Assembly: GCA_965285935.1 (NCBI GenBank)
Contig: OZ260662.1
Location: forward strand, 34,658,001-34,722,000
DNA: 64,000 nucleotides
Direction: 5' to 3'
Origin: Ophelia neglecta
Lineage: Eukaryota
Numbering within the stretch: the first letter of the stretch is position 1; every line of letters begins with the position of its first letter. Below, piece after piece: positions 35,483-49,515 of the stretch. The position numbers and the translations under genes were made by a program. The notes below the pieces were generated by a model. It searched no databases and was not told the DNA's origin. It saw only the letters and a list, made by a program, of their open reading frames with translations.

Positions 35483-38400
35483 ATGTGTTGGACTTCTGTC
35501 ATAATTCAACACTGCTTGGTGTTCTCCCAGCTGGCCATGGAAACTTTTATGTTGATCAAGCCTTTGTGGAACTAAAAATGTCTATTACAGATTTCCCCTC
35601 CCTCCCATGTCCCCAATACAAAAGAAGATGACACCCTGCCACACCCTTCAAGTGACAATGCATTATCTAATGGTCCCATCCTATTGTTTTGCATAAAAGA
35701 CAATGCATGTATTTAAGCATCATTATATTAACTTAAAATGGAGGTGAAATATGGAAACAGTTGCTAAGCTGAAGGCATGGATGAATGCACTACACTGACT
35801 GTAGACCAGCTAAAAGATTTCTCATTATATTTCTTCAGTGAGTCATTTGATGTCAGATAAATTGCTGATAAGAACATGTGCAGAATTATAATGCAGTGTT
35901 TTGATTGAACTCCCTGTTTTACTTGCTAAATATTAATAATATTTAGCATCTTATTCAAATCAAGCTGGTACCTGAACATTACCATTTACTTCAAAGCCGA
36001 TCAGTGGTCAAATCTATAGAGTAATGACCAGAGATGACAACAAATATGATTTAGTGGGCATTTAATATGCTGGATTGAGGTAAATGGCATTTTTGATGTC
36101 ATGAAAATTGGGACATGCATCATTCTGTGTCCCTGTTGCAATTACTAGTAATTAAAAATAATGATTTCAGTGTCTCAGCCGTGGATGTGAGATATTGTAG
36201 CTGACCTCAGGAGAATCAAAGCCAGCAAATACAACTCATCCATTATTATCACAGCCAAATTGTGATGGTAGACTTCATTCTGAAAACACTTTAAATTCCT
36301 AATAGATAATGCAATACTAATAGATTGACCAGTCTAACCCATACCTTGATAAGGGAATTTAAAATTAACAGGTAAATTGACTGTTCAGTGTATTAACATT
36401 ATGAAATGCAAGACAGAAAGGTGCCCAGGTTAAATGTGTATTCTTTGAATAATCTTTCCTCTTTAGTGTTGAGTTTAAGGCTTTTCATGCATTTTAATGC
36501 ATATTGTATGGCCTACAAGCACATGCATGTAAATTTTCATGTACATTAGATCATTAATTATGAATGCTGTAGGAAGACAATGGACAACTTGTCTGACAAG
36601 ACAACAGCACGGCTGGTGCCCAGATGAGAGAGACCAGTAGAGATCTGGATCTTCTGGCTGATAGTCTGACCTTCTCACAGAGTAAACTGGGCTCTAGGGA
36701 GGTCATTAAGTCAATATTAAAACTTATGATTTTATCAATGAACTTTTGCATGGCATTCAACTGAGGGCAGATTCTACACACAGAGAAATATTTTAACTGT
36801 TCTCAGCATGAAATGACAATTAGTTGATTACCCAGGGAGCATTTGGTGAGAGGCTGGTGCAAGTGATGAAAGTAGCAAACATTTGGAATTTATGGTTTAT
36901 GCCATTATCTGCATTTTTTGTCAGGTTTTTTTCTGTGATATTTCCACCATGGGACCTTGTGTCAGGAACAGAATGATTTGATTCATTTTAAATTACTTAT
37001 TTTGCTTGCATGTATTCCAAGTGGAGATCTTTGAAACCTATGTTATTATCTAAGTTTTCAAATGCCAGTTGCTTTCCATAATGTCTATTGCGTGTTATAT
37101 CTCTATGGTTATACTTCAAATATTTTACACCCTAGACAATTATAGCTTGTTTATCAATGTACAGAGCAGGAAGTTTGACAGTTGCAGGCTTTTATGACCA
37201 GCTAAAATTGAACAGCTAGCACCCATGTAAAAGTACAATAGTTATTATTATTTTGTATCGCCTTGCCTTTGATCTTTTTATGCCTCTCTGTGACACTCTC
37301 ACACTCAGATGGGTTTATCATGAGGCCAGTGCTGGTTTTTGCCATGTGAATTGTTACACTAAGCATAGAGCCTCCCAGAGGGTGGCCATTACTTGAGGAC
37401 ATTCCTTGTGACATGGTTAATGCCTGCCTGGAGGCTTCTCACTGTCAGTAGTGAGGGGTTTTGTAGGGAGACTCAGTTACTCATGATGCTGGCCATTTTG
37501 AAGATCATGTTGATAGCTGTGTCACCTGCTTCTGCTCAGGTCATATGTCAATTTCCATATCTCCACCTTAAACTCACCAATGACCTTACAATTTGTTTTT
37601 TATATTGCCATTTTGTTGGCATTGGTTTTCATGGACGACTGGCAATTGTCAGACTCGCAGTACACTTCAGGTTTTCAGAGGTTTTATTGGTTTAGTCAAG
37701 AATTGCGTCTCCCTTGTGATCCCATCCAGTGATTAAATTAATCCAGATATTAGTCATACTATGATTTGTGTGTGTGTGTGTTTATTATATAGAAAGAGTT
37801 CCTGCAGTGCTACAAACAGAAAAGTACTTTTTTTGGTCCTTGTTGATCATGTTGTGTGGGAAAAAACTTGAAATAACAATTTTTGATCAGTCCTTAGATA
37901 GCAGGAAGCCTGGTGCCCCTTAAAAGCTTAATAAAAGATAGCCAGATCGTGGTACGGTTCTATTTATCTATGATTATATTGGACATGTGCCCTATATTTT
38001 GACTTAAAAAAAAGATACAGTGTACATGCTTATAATTTCAATGCATTATTGATTCAGTAAAAAGACCAATGGCCATCAGGTCCCGATAGCATGCCACCAG
38101 ATCTTTGATCAGATTCGTCCCATACAGTATTAGACCAGATTTAATGCCAAAGCAAAGTTTGACATCTGTGCCATGTTGGGCTTTTGTTGATTTAAAAATA
38201 TAAAGGCCGAGCCTTTTTCTTGGGCCTTTCAGTCGTTCTGATGGGGGGTTTTGTTGAACTCTTCCTGTCATGGTTTTTCCCCATTCTGATATGAAATGCG
38301 AGACAGTCCTGACAATGGAATCCAGCACCATCTGCTTCACAAGCTATGTATGTTGGCTAATATATATTCTTCATATGATGTATTCTGTAGTTTCATACGC

Positions 38401-41205
38401 TTGTATTATGAAATATGAATGCAATTGTCAAATAATTATACTAGTGGAAGCAATTAGTGATATCATTTTAGGTAAAAGGTGATAAAAAGTAAGAAAAGGT
38501 GGGCTTTCTATTTCTTTATATTCAACTTTAGGTATTCAGCACTTGCAGTCTTTTGGGCTCAAGGCAGTTACTGACAAGGAAGGCCTAGTACACTTGTGCT
38601 CAGTAATACTATGGTTACATGTAATTTACTAAGAAAACTTTAGGACCAAGCACGGATATCAACTGAACTTGTTTGTAAATTACACTGTAGATATATTACT
38701 CATTCAAAGTAATCACTGGTTTGTAACATGACAGATTTTGTCTTTAGAAAACTGTTGGTTGATATAAATTAACATAAATGTTGATATAAATTTAAAAAAT
38801 GCATTAAATGAAATATCAACAGAGTTGTAATCTTAATCTGTGTGATTTCTTTGGGTTTAATAACATAATTATACTCATTCTTGTAGATTAATTGGGCTGC
38901 CAAGAATAACTAGGCGATTAGAAAAAAAATGATTATGACTTGAACTGATTCATTCTAGCGAATAATTGTAGACAACTTTACAAAACTTACGATGCAGGTT
39001 CTATCAATATTTTCAGCAAAAACTACATCGATAAAACCCGTTTAAAGCTGTATGATATTTGATATGTTTTTAAAGTGTGCCTGCATGTGCGACTATAGAA
39101 TAGCGATTGCCATTGAAAACGCTGTGATCTCAGATGATGATATTCACACATGCCTGCTGGTTATTATGTAATTATATGGGCTGCCTTTTTTACAGTAATA
39201 ATTTGTACTGATATACCACCTAGTTTACATAAATCATTGTGGATGTGCCATGATACATGCATCACAAAATGTCATTTAGATCTGTAATTTAACCTTGAAA
39301 ATCCTATTTTTTAAAGAAAAATAAGAACTAAAGTATAGTTTATAGGAAAATAATGTACTGTATTTAGCAGTGAGAGCTAGGGGTGTAAAGATGCATATGT
39401 TAGTTCACTTTTAAGTATCAAATTGCTGTCTGCTTTCTATACACTGTCCTGTATATCAGACACAGAGATAAGATGGGTCTCCCAGAAGATATAGTCCCAT
39501 CTCATGCTAAGAACTCCACCCCAGTGTCATAAAGTTCTCCTCCCAGTGAACTAAGGAGGCAGATTCTGTTAACCTTACCCTATTCCTGGCAGGAATGCAG
39601 AGCTGGGCTTCTCCCTGCCCTTTAGTTTCTTATATTTCACCTTGATCATTGATGTTTGGTATCAATCCAGCGGGATAGGACGCTTGGCGCACCAGACACT
39701 TCTCATGTTGTTTTGTAAGCCACAAATACAAGACTACCTTTAATCATCCACAAGCCAGTACACATGTCTAATAAACTACCAGTAATTTACAAACTTTGAC
39801 AAAAACCAATGCAAAGCATGGCTAAGTCTTCTCATTTGATCCTTGCGGCATTCTGACGATGATACCAATTTCACCTATTCAGTTACTACTTTTCTTCTGG
39901 CGGTTTCTCCCAGTTTCAAATGCAACACCACTGATAATTATAATGAGTCAAGTTTGCAATGTCATAGTGCTTTTTTGATCTGGGAATACTTTTATGATTG
40001 TACTTTGCAGCACCTTAGCCATAGCTGCAATCTTAGCTTTCATATAACTTTCCCTACAGAGCTCAGGTATGAAAAACCTATGAAAAGATGATACCTGAGA
40101 TTTGCAGTCTTTATCAGTTGTCATAATTTGCTGATGATTTATTTGAAGTATCAGGGACTCTGGCTTGTGGAAAGTCTGCTGGAATCCAAGAAATGTACTT
40201 TAGGACCAGGTCTGGATAAACACGGGCAACTTGTGTAGATTACACCTGATGATAGCAGGGTTTGAACTCGAAATATCACACCTGAACTTAATACACAGAC
40301 AGTGGAAAACAGCAATATCAAAGAACCATTTTCCTGTCTTGACTTCTACATACATAAATGCATTTTACCATTGGATTCTCCTTGATTTTTTGTCTTCAAA
40401 GCCACATGGTTGTTACATTTTTTTTCTATATTTAAGTGGTGTATTTTATTTTATTGTAGTAAAATAATGGCTGGTATTAATAATCTGTTTGACAGATGTC
40501 TACTTATTTGTCTATTTAAATTCTCCTTTCAGCATTATGTTGAAAGTCAAGCCAATATCAAGTGCCAGTGTTTATACAAAAAGCAGCTGAGGAGAGAAGG
40601 AGAAAAGAGTGTTTTTGTGAGTGGTGTTTCCGTTTCTGTTATTGGTTACCTAGCTGCCCTGATGTTTTATTGAGGTACCCTAAGCCAGAGGATCAACAAG
40701 CCTCATGCCAGGCACCAGATAATCTCTATGGCCCATCAAAATGTCAGATATCATACACTACAGACATGTTATGAAATCATATCGACCACCAGTCCTCAAA
40801 CTTACCATGCCAGTCAAACCTTCTGATATTGGCAAAATTTTGCATGGTTTACTAGCCAACCAGCAATGATTTATTGTAATATGTAGAAAATAAATTGTAT
40901 CTTAATGCAGCAACATCTTCAGTGTTCCATTTTCTAAGCAATATCCTGATTTTGAAACCTCTTACGCAATCAAGTTCTGTTCTGACATTTGCAAGTTAAA
41001 TCCTTTTTCTTTATTTTTACAATTCAGTTATTTTTCTCTGCCACTGTTATCCTATCAAATTTATAATTTCATTGTATCTTTTTCTTTGATCCTATACTGG
41101 GGAGTGTGAGATTAAGTCATTCTTGAGTTAATACAAATGAGAGGTTTTTATAGGAATTGCCCAATATTTTGTGGCTTCCTGTGTCCTGCAGGCAGAGCTA
41201 TCTCT

Positions 41206-41248
41206 TCTGGCCTGTATTAGTGACATGACTTCTCTGGCCTGTATTAGT
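41206..41248. repeat. Short tandem duplication (TCTGGCCTGTATTAGT x2, 27-bp period)
   Basis: Seen directly. Confidence 0.8.
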
Positions 41249-43687
41249 CACATACCTGGTGCCTTACTGATAACACCTATAAGAAAGCTGTTTGGGGACT
41301 AGCGGCCCACTGCTCATCTCAGTATTGATTGATTGCTTTGTTCAAAACGACCCCTGTATGACTATGAATAGATCCTTTCGAATAGATCCTTTTTATGTCC
41401 AGTGACTATTGAAGTAAAGTTATGTGATTTGCAGTCTCACTTCAATATAGATTTACCAAGAAACTCACATGTGCACACAGTTTCTGTAATATATGTGAAC
41501 AATTTGTATCCCCAACAGGCTGTCAAACTGACTTGCTATGCCACCTCCTTATATGCAAGTGGCTTATTGTGTATGGAATGAGAACTGGCAGCTGGATGCA
41601 GTTTTTGCACTTTATCCACAGAAAGAGTAGCCAAAGGGATAATTCTTGGTATCCTAATAAATTATTTGCCACAAGTTTATGAAGCAGAAAGGCAGTTTCT
41701 TTCAAGTTGTTAACCACACATCATTGAAGGGCAACTTGTTTATTTCCTCTATCTTCAGGAGGAGAAAAAATGGATACTCAACAGTAAATAGTTATATACC
41801 TGACAAAACACCTGATAATAAGAGTAAGTGGTTGTCAGGGGAGTATGTAAGATTATCACCGACCACCCACACTGTCTTCTCCTCATCTCCTGTGTAATGC
41901 CATCATTATCAGAACACATTAATCATATCCTGAGCAAACAGACACTTTAGACAGTTTCATATCTCAAAAATACTACAACAAAGGTCAGTCTCACTATATA
42001 GGCTGTCTAAGTCATTTAAGCCATCACTGACTTTGTCAGAAGGAAAATGCTGCTACTTAGGGCCTTATTGAGGTGCTGATGGCCTCTTGGCACTCTTTGT
42101 CAGAGTTGTTTTTGTTTTCCTGACAAAGTTGTCATATATTTTATATTTATGATAAACGAGCTGAGTTGTTCAGGGATGAATGGGTCGGAGTGATTCTGAT
42201 TGGTTGGCGGGGTGTGGTGGAGTGCTGCAAGCCTCATTTGTCCACCTCTTCAGCTTCACCCTGGACAGAAGGGGGCAGCTAGGATAGTTAGACACATACC
42301 TGGTAATGTCAGCATCACCAGTCCTCCTTACCTGACAGGATCTGATGTGAATGTCAAATTGTAATTCCACTCAGGAATATAGATCAATGTCATATGATAG
42401 GGGGTGTAGGTAAAGGTAACTATTTGATTTGACAGGAAGGTGAGTGATTTAGGTTCCAATAGGCACTGGTAGGAAACATTTATTGATTGGGATCATCTCC
42501 TGCCGGGCCATATTTCACATTTACCATGTCTGAACTTCATACGGCTTGACTTGTGATATAAAATTTCCCGTTTACCAGCCTCTGTGAATTGCTCAATCCA
42601 CATTAATCATTTTCCACCCCATTTCTCAAACGTATTGCTTTCGGGAGGTAAATTGAATTGGAATATTTTATTCATTCTTTGACCAATATGAGTTTTCAAG
42701 CTTAAAGCGTTCAGTGAAGATAGGATTTTGTGGGAGAAGCATAACATCTGAATTATGTAAAAACAAGCACTTTCATTTCCACTTATGCATTCCCTTTGAT
42801 CATCCAACATCTGTTCATAACTCTCTCCTTGGCTCTGTTTGAAATTATACTGCTTGAAAACAGTTAAAAACTGTCCGGCCCAAGGTCAGCTCCATGACGT
42901 ATAGATGTCAGTGAGGATAGCGGCACTTTGCTTTTTAAATGCTTGGTTGGACAGTTGTTTTATTGTCAGTTATTTATGTGTGATCAAAGTGTTAATTAAC
43001 CTTTTAAAATGCCAGTAAAACATTTTATTTTCCAAATAGCGTGAATTTGTAAAATATCTTCTAATGTTTCATGGTACGTAGTTGTTAAATACATTCAAAA
43101 TGAGTGCTGGGCCAAATAAAACCCAGAATGGGGTAGGAGAATAAAAGTTGTGTTTTGAACAAGTATTTGATATTGAGAAATGGCAAAATTTGATGCTCCC
43201 CGAAATTATGTTCTATGGTGCATTTTTTGTAAACACTACTCAGTTACCAGTGTATCAAACACCTGTACTTGTACATATACCATACCAACAGATACCACAT
43301 GTTTTACTACAGTGTGCAAATATACACTGTCAATTACACTTACGAGCTGCATATTTACAACAAATGGGCTGTTGGCCAAATAAATCATTTTATAGTTTCC
43401 ATCAAATGTTGAGTTGTTATTGTTTTTGCAATTGCTAAAGATATTAAAAATTTATCACCAATGCCCTGCACCTATTGTGATTCATCCTGTTAGCCTTGGG
43501 CACTTTTTTGCTATTGGTGAAATATATGCATTGTGCTTTTGTCATGATAGATTGAGCTGTTTGTGGGTAAGGTTAAGCTTATTGGAATGTAATGGATGAG
43601 TTTGACAGAAGTTTCATTATTTACAGCAGAACCTTTGTGTTGGACTCCCTAACTAAGGCGTGGACGTGGTATGTACATTTGTACATA

Positions 43688-43701
43688 GTGCCCCCTGGTT
43701 G
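43688..43701 (-). promoter_or_regulatory. CTCF-like motif CAACCAGGGGGCAC
   Basis: One mismatch to the CCASYAGRKGGCRS consensus. Confidence 0.35.
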
Positions 43702-46700
43702 TAAGAGCATACAAATGACTAGTGTTCATTCATTGGTTTATTGAATTCATTCTGCTGAGCTTTGTAGGGAAAAGTTTGATTAATGATTTGTACAGTATTG
43801 CAGTTGGTCGACAAACACCCAAAGATTGATTACTTCATATTGTGTGTTCCTTTGATATTCCTTTGAGAATATGACTATGTGAGGCTCTTGTGCCACTAAT
43901 AATCTGTACATCATCCTAGAATGTCACTATGAACAATATCTGGGAAGCAGACACATAAATATAACTATATCAGTAATATTCAGTATACATTAAACAATAA
44001 ACTAACACCTACCCACTAGAAATATTTATTGATGACACATTTATTAATTCACCCCCTTGGTGATATAAGGTTGTGGGTATCAGCATATAGCATGTAGCAG
44101 TGAACAAATATGTTCCCTTGAATTGCAATACGTCAACTCAAGATTATTATGGCCCAAATTACATGAATATTGCATAGCCGTTTGAGATATCAGCATAAAA
44201 TGATTCAAAACATGAGGAATTTCTGCAAATCTGAAAATCAAGCTATCCAGCCTCATCCAGCTAATGATCTTGGATTGTCTGATTCACATATTTTACATTT
44301 GCCTGGCACTAATCCTTTTTAATCAATGCTGGTGGCAAATCATGAAATGTGTTAAGAGTTTAATTCTAGGGATTTCCTATTAACAGTTTCACTAATGTAA
44401 AATATTTAAATTGGCCATTTTTCCTATATTGGTATTATAGTTTGGCTAGACAGTGTCAATGTTCTGGTTTCTAACTTGTAAAATTTGTGTTTCAGCGCGT
44501 GATATTAATCCAACTTAGCAGAAGACAATTTCTGTTTCATGAGTCAATGCCCCTGGCTAGCGACTAGGAAGCTTTAAATCATTTATGGTAACCTAGTTGC
44601 TATCAATCTAAAGAACCTTTATTATGGCCCATGGGTTTGAGACGGTGACTCAAACTCTTTTCTCTCTTCCCATCCATATTGTCCCATTTCAGTGTAATCT
44701 GATACAATTAATGGCATATGCATCTTACAATAGTCAAATGTTTCCCTTCGCACCACTTGTTGCCCCGGGCTGGTCCAACGCCTATGAAATTTTATGGAGA
44801 TATGAACAATTTTCTGTTTTATGTATATCCCTGAGCAGTATTATGTGTATGATGGTGGCTAAGCTACAGATGGGTTGGAAGCAATGTGAATCTCTCCCTA
44901 TCTATCTATCTATCAATTGTTCTGCTTACCAATATGGTTATTGCAGTGGAATTACAACTGGGGGGCTTCTTGATTAGATTATATCATTTCTAACCTTCTT
45001 GGATTCGGTGAAATCAATTTCCAGCTTGAAAAGTGCATCATTATCCTCCACTTCTCCTCCACTTCTCAAGTGCTTTTGAGATCTGATATATTGCTACTAC
45101 TTAAATTGACATGGTATTTTGTCTAGATGCTGGTGATCTGGGAGTCTGATAGCGGCAGTCCCAGCTGAGTTGACACAGTTCTTAGTAAGCAGAATGCATG
45201 GCATCAAAAAATGAATTTGTACTTCCCCAGGGCATGGTTGCTTGGCTTAGTTCAACCCCAATCTATTATGTTCTATAGAAATGCTCAATAATTGAAAGCC
45301 TCTGTTTTCTGCCATTCTAATGAGAAGCAATCATGTAAATTGGCTAATCAAGATCAAACATGTGCTTTGGTAATTAGTAAACGTTTTTGTTACATTTGTT
45401 TGTGATAATCCATTGTTATGGGTAGGAATAAAAGGGTATTAACCAGTGAACCCCTCTCTTAAGATCTGCCCTAGTGTAGTTTTGAAAAATCCCAGTTTAT
45501 AAGTTATAATAGAAATACATGCCCCCAACCTATTAAAAGGGACAGGAGACAGGTCTGTATGAAAGTTCACACACGAACAAGTAAAAAACAAAGGAGAAAT
45601 CCCTGAGAACTCCAGAATCTTCCACACATGCCCTTCCTTATACTATGAAGGCTCCTAGTCTGTTTATAGGCTCAGACTGCTAAGGTTCATATGTAGGCTG
45701 AACCCATGATTTAGTGATTAATTTATTTAAACCAGAAAGCAAAGATGAATGTCAAATCCCATAATTCAATATTAGATACACTAAGTGTACTGTCCTCTAG
45801 GCTCTTAATGTGGTTGTAGCGGCTCCAGCTGCTTTAATAAAGGATTCTATCATAATTATAGTGATTTGGTCCTCTAAATAAATTTAAATGTACACCAAGG
45901 TCTGGAAGCCCATTCAGATACACAAATGTGGTTTGTACAATACTTAACCACATTTCATTTCTCTAATTAATATTCCCCCTTTTCAAAGGAAAAATGGGGG
46001 GTCGGGGTAGAGGGGGGCAAAATGGATTCTGCTTTAATAGAAATTTCAAGGATTGAATAAGGATTTGACAGTGATTTCCTTTCGATGGTAAAGATTCATT
46101 TTGAGGTTTAAAAGCTTAAGAGATCACTATTTCTGTAAAAATAATTTTCACTTATAGAAAGCATGCATATTCTGACAGTAACAATGTACTTGTGTATGTT
46201 TGAAAAGTGGTGATTCTGAGTCATAAGGTTTGAAGTACAGTAAATTTTCTACAAATACTGTTTGTACTTAAATATACAAATTTACTACAACAGGCAGTAG
46301 TTTAATTACAGACTGCATGTGTTTGTCCCTGGATGTCTCCTGTTAAGTTCTGGTAAATTTCACACAAAAACAGTTATCTCTCAATGTAGATAGCCAAGTA
46401 AAAACATCAGTTTAGAGGTGAGAAGTCAAGTTTTTTCTAAGTTCACCCTACATTAACCTGGGTGACATGCCTAGATTGGCTTGTGCCAGAAGACAGGAGA
46501 TAGCTGGGATGAGAGAGAATCGTCTTTTGTCTGCTGCCCGCGACCCATGATGAACACATCAAGGCGGGCACTTTGATGTTTTACGAAGTCGTCCAGGTAA
46601 ACAACCCACCTGTCAAGGTGTCACAATCTTAACAGGACTTAATTTGGGTGGCTAAAAGCTGGCAAGAAGCACTAATGAAGGTGATTGTTAGGCTGACCCA

Positions 46701-49420
46701 GTGGAGTATGCCTCATTTGACCATAAGCGATGACATTCACTTGAGAAGTGGGCAGTGCCTAGGGAGAGAGGCAGAATGTAAGCTGCTTATTAAAGCTGAT
46801 GATTACCACTACCATTCTGACCAAAGGTGGGTGTCAGCTTGGCCTTTGATATCAAAAATTAAAATGCTAGTTATCATCACCAACTGAGAGATGTTAACCA
46901 TCTGCGTTTATGTTATTGTGGGCCCTTTAATTCATGAAGTTTTTTCAAATACTCTTACATAAATTGTGTTGAGAGAATTCCTAAGCCCTAGCAGTTTCTC
47001 TTCTCCAGGCACTTGTGGGATTTTTATATATCTATAAATTTTCCCACACACTTAACATAAAAAGAGCAAGGCCAATACTGGGTATGGGTTACTATTATAG
47101 GTGGTCCTGTCATCTATCAATCACTATGGTCAAGAAAAAACAAATTATAGTTTGTTTTTCCTATTAAGTCTTTTTTTCTTCTTGCCTTTGTCTTTACAAT
47201 ATTTTGAATACCTCAATATAGTGGTAACTCAATAGGCCAAATCTTTCTTTCAGTAAAAATATTACTGGGAATGACTGATCTGTTGACAAATTGCATGCCT
47301 CTGTTTGGCATTTTCACAAGTTTTCCGATGGTCTGGAGGCATCATGTCATATCCAACTTTTCTACTGCTAAAGTAAGACAATTCAAGCATTGTCAAGCTG
47401 GATCTCCCACTAATCTGGGAGGGCAACATTCCATCATTGGTGACAGGCATTTGGCTTGATCGTGCAATGAAAATTCTGCACACTTGATGGAGCAGAACTC
47501 AATGAGAAAATTTTATTATCCTGTTACTGGTTGCCATGCAATGTAGCATTGTGGTTGTCAGTGTGCTGACTCATGCATGCATGTTGCTCAACAGTATGCA
47601 AATTTCTTCATTCCTCCAGTCGATTCTCGCTTGGGCTAGCATGGAAACTGTTGAAAATCTTGGTTTATCCTGGGGCTTGTCCACTTGGGAAGGCTCAAGT
47701 CTTTTGTCTTCAGATGGTAATTAAGTTTGAGGCCATGACTCAGGCCCGCCCATGTCCAATCCTCTATCAGACTGTGGTCATTTGTCACTTCTGGGAATCA
47801 GAATTTGTGTCCAATGCCCTGAACAATGTCATTTAATTCTATTACCTCCAGCCTTCTCCTGATATTTTAGATTAATCTCTGCGGTCATGTTGCTTTAATG
47901 TGTAGATGGCTATATGGCATTTTATCATGTTCCGATGACCACCCTACCCACCCTACGTTATAATAGTTATAAATGTGGCTGTGTTGAGAACACATGTATC
48001 TTGTATCTGTTCTATATTGTAACTGATTGCCAGTGTAACCGACTGCCATTCATTAATTCTTGTTTTGTGTGAGCAGATAACGTACATTTACAGTAATGTT
48101 CATTCCTCTCATGGCCATTTTATTGTCAGTAATCTTTTATCCCTGCTATGCTATCTGCATTCAGTCAATATTTCCTTTCAAGTAAAAGCTGCAATTATTT
48201 CCTCATCCAGCAAAAATAAGTCTTAAATGGACCTTTATCTCTCACTTTATATAACACTAGGTAACTAGTAAATAATCATTGTTAAATCTTTAAGCACTTT
48301 ATGAAAGGAAAGTGTAATTGATGAAAGGAGTTGGGTAATTATTGACTTAGCCAGCCATTGTCGCTGTAGGGATTGGCCTGGCTTGTTTGAGGACAGAAGG
48401 GGATCTAAAATGAACAGCATGTACTGTGTACTTTTCCATGATTCACCCCCTCAGTTCTAAAACTAGATGAATGTTAGATTTGCCTACATATGAAAATGGC
48501 ATTTTCTCATATTTGAAAAGCAAAAATGTGATAAAATGAAGTTACCATCAATGTTTATACTTCTCTGTATTCAATAATGAAACAATATTCCATTTTCTAT
48601 AAGGGTAATAATCAAATATCCATTATATGTGCAGTTCTCTGAAGGCTCCGAACAGCATTAGCTGGTATTTGAGTACTGCTATTGACATTACTCATATGCT
48701 CCAGCAACAAACCTTATTTTTTGCAAATAAGCCAATACATGCACATCTATCTAGACCAATCTCTCCCTATAAAATTTGTACATATACATGTATCGGTGGG
48801 TTAGTTATTTGAATCTTAAATCTTTTAAATTATGCACCCCCTTAAATTTGGAGGATATTTTGTTTTTGATTTTGATTAGTATTTGATTGAGACATTAAAT
48901 GCCGACAAAGCTGTCACAGGCGACAGTTATTTGGTTCCTAGTCTCCATAAATTGTTGAAGTTCAGCCATTAATATTCAATAAAATTCTTATTCACGTTTT
49001 AGGGGTAACTAATTGCATATTGATTTCAATTGTTTGGCTGAATCTATGTACCAAATTTGTTCACATTTCCCTAAGCATGAGTGTCTTTGTAAAGGTAGTT
49101 TTTATTTTTAAATATATCATTTATAAGTAGACAGCAAAGACCAGAGTTTATCTTTGATCTATTTAACAATAGTCCAAACTTGCCATCTGTTTCTGTATTG
49201 TACATAAAGACAGCTCGTTTGCAGGAAGCAACTGACCAGTAAATAAAGGAATGTAACTGAAGCCAAATGAAGTGCTCTGTTCAAAAGATATCATCATTGA
49301 TATATTTTCTGTGAAGCACCTGAAAAGAAAAACATTAACAGTTTTTAAGCTCAAGTACCCCCTGCGGTCAACAAAGTGTCTGAGTCCCCTGAATGGGCCC
49401 TTTGATTTCCCTGTCACGAA

Positions 49421-49515
49421 CATATATATATATACGTACACACATATATATATATATATAAAGTATATATATAAAGTATATATATAAAGTATATATAGAG
49501 TATATATAAAGTATA
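49421..49515. repeat. (TA)n microsatellite grading into (AAGTATATATA)n
   Basis: Seen directly. Confidence 0.9.

Noticed and set aside
36247-36270. TATCACAGCCAAATTGTGATGG, resembling miR-2/miR-13
   Set aside because: No complementary 5' arm upstream. It only folds on itself, so it is not a pre-miRNA.
40246-40280. CTGATGA...CGAAA hammerhead-like core, overlapping a reverse B-box-like motif
   Set aside because: Stem II cannot form and there is no matching stem III or cleavage triplet. No A-box or cloverleaf supports a tRNA.
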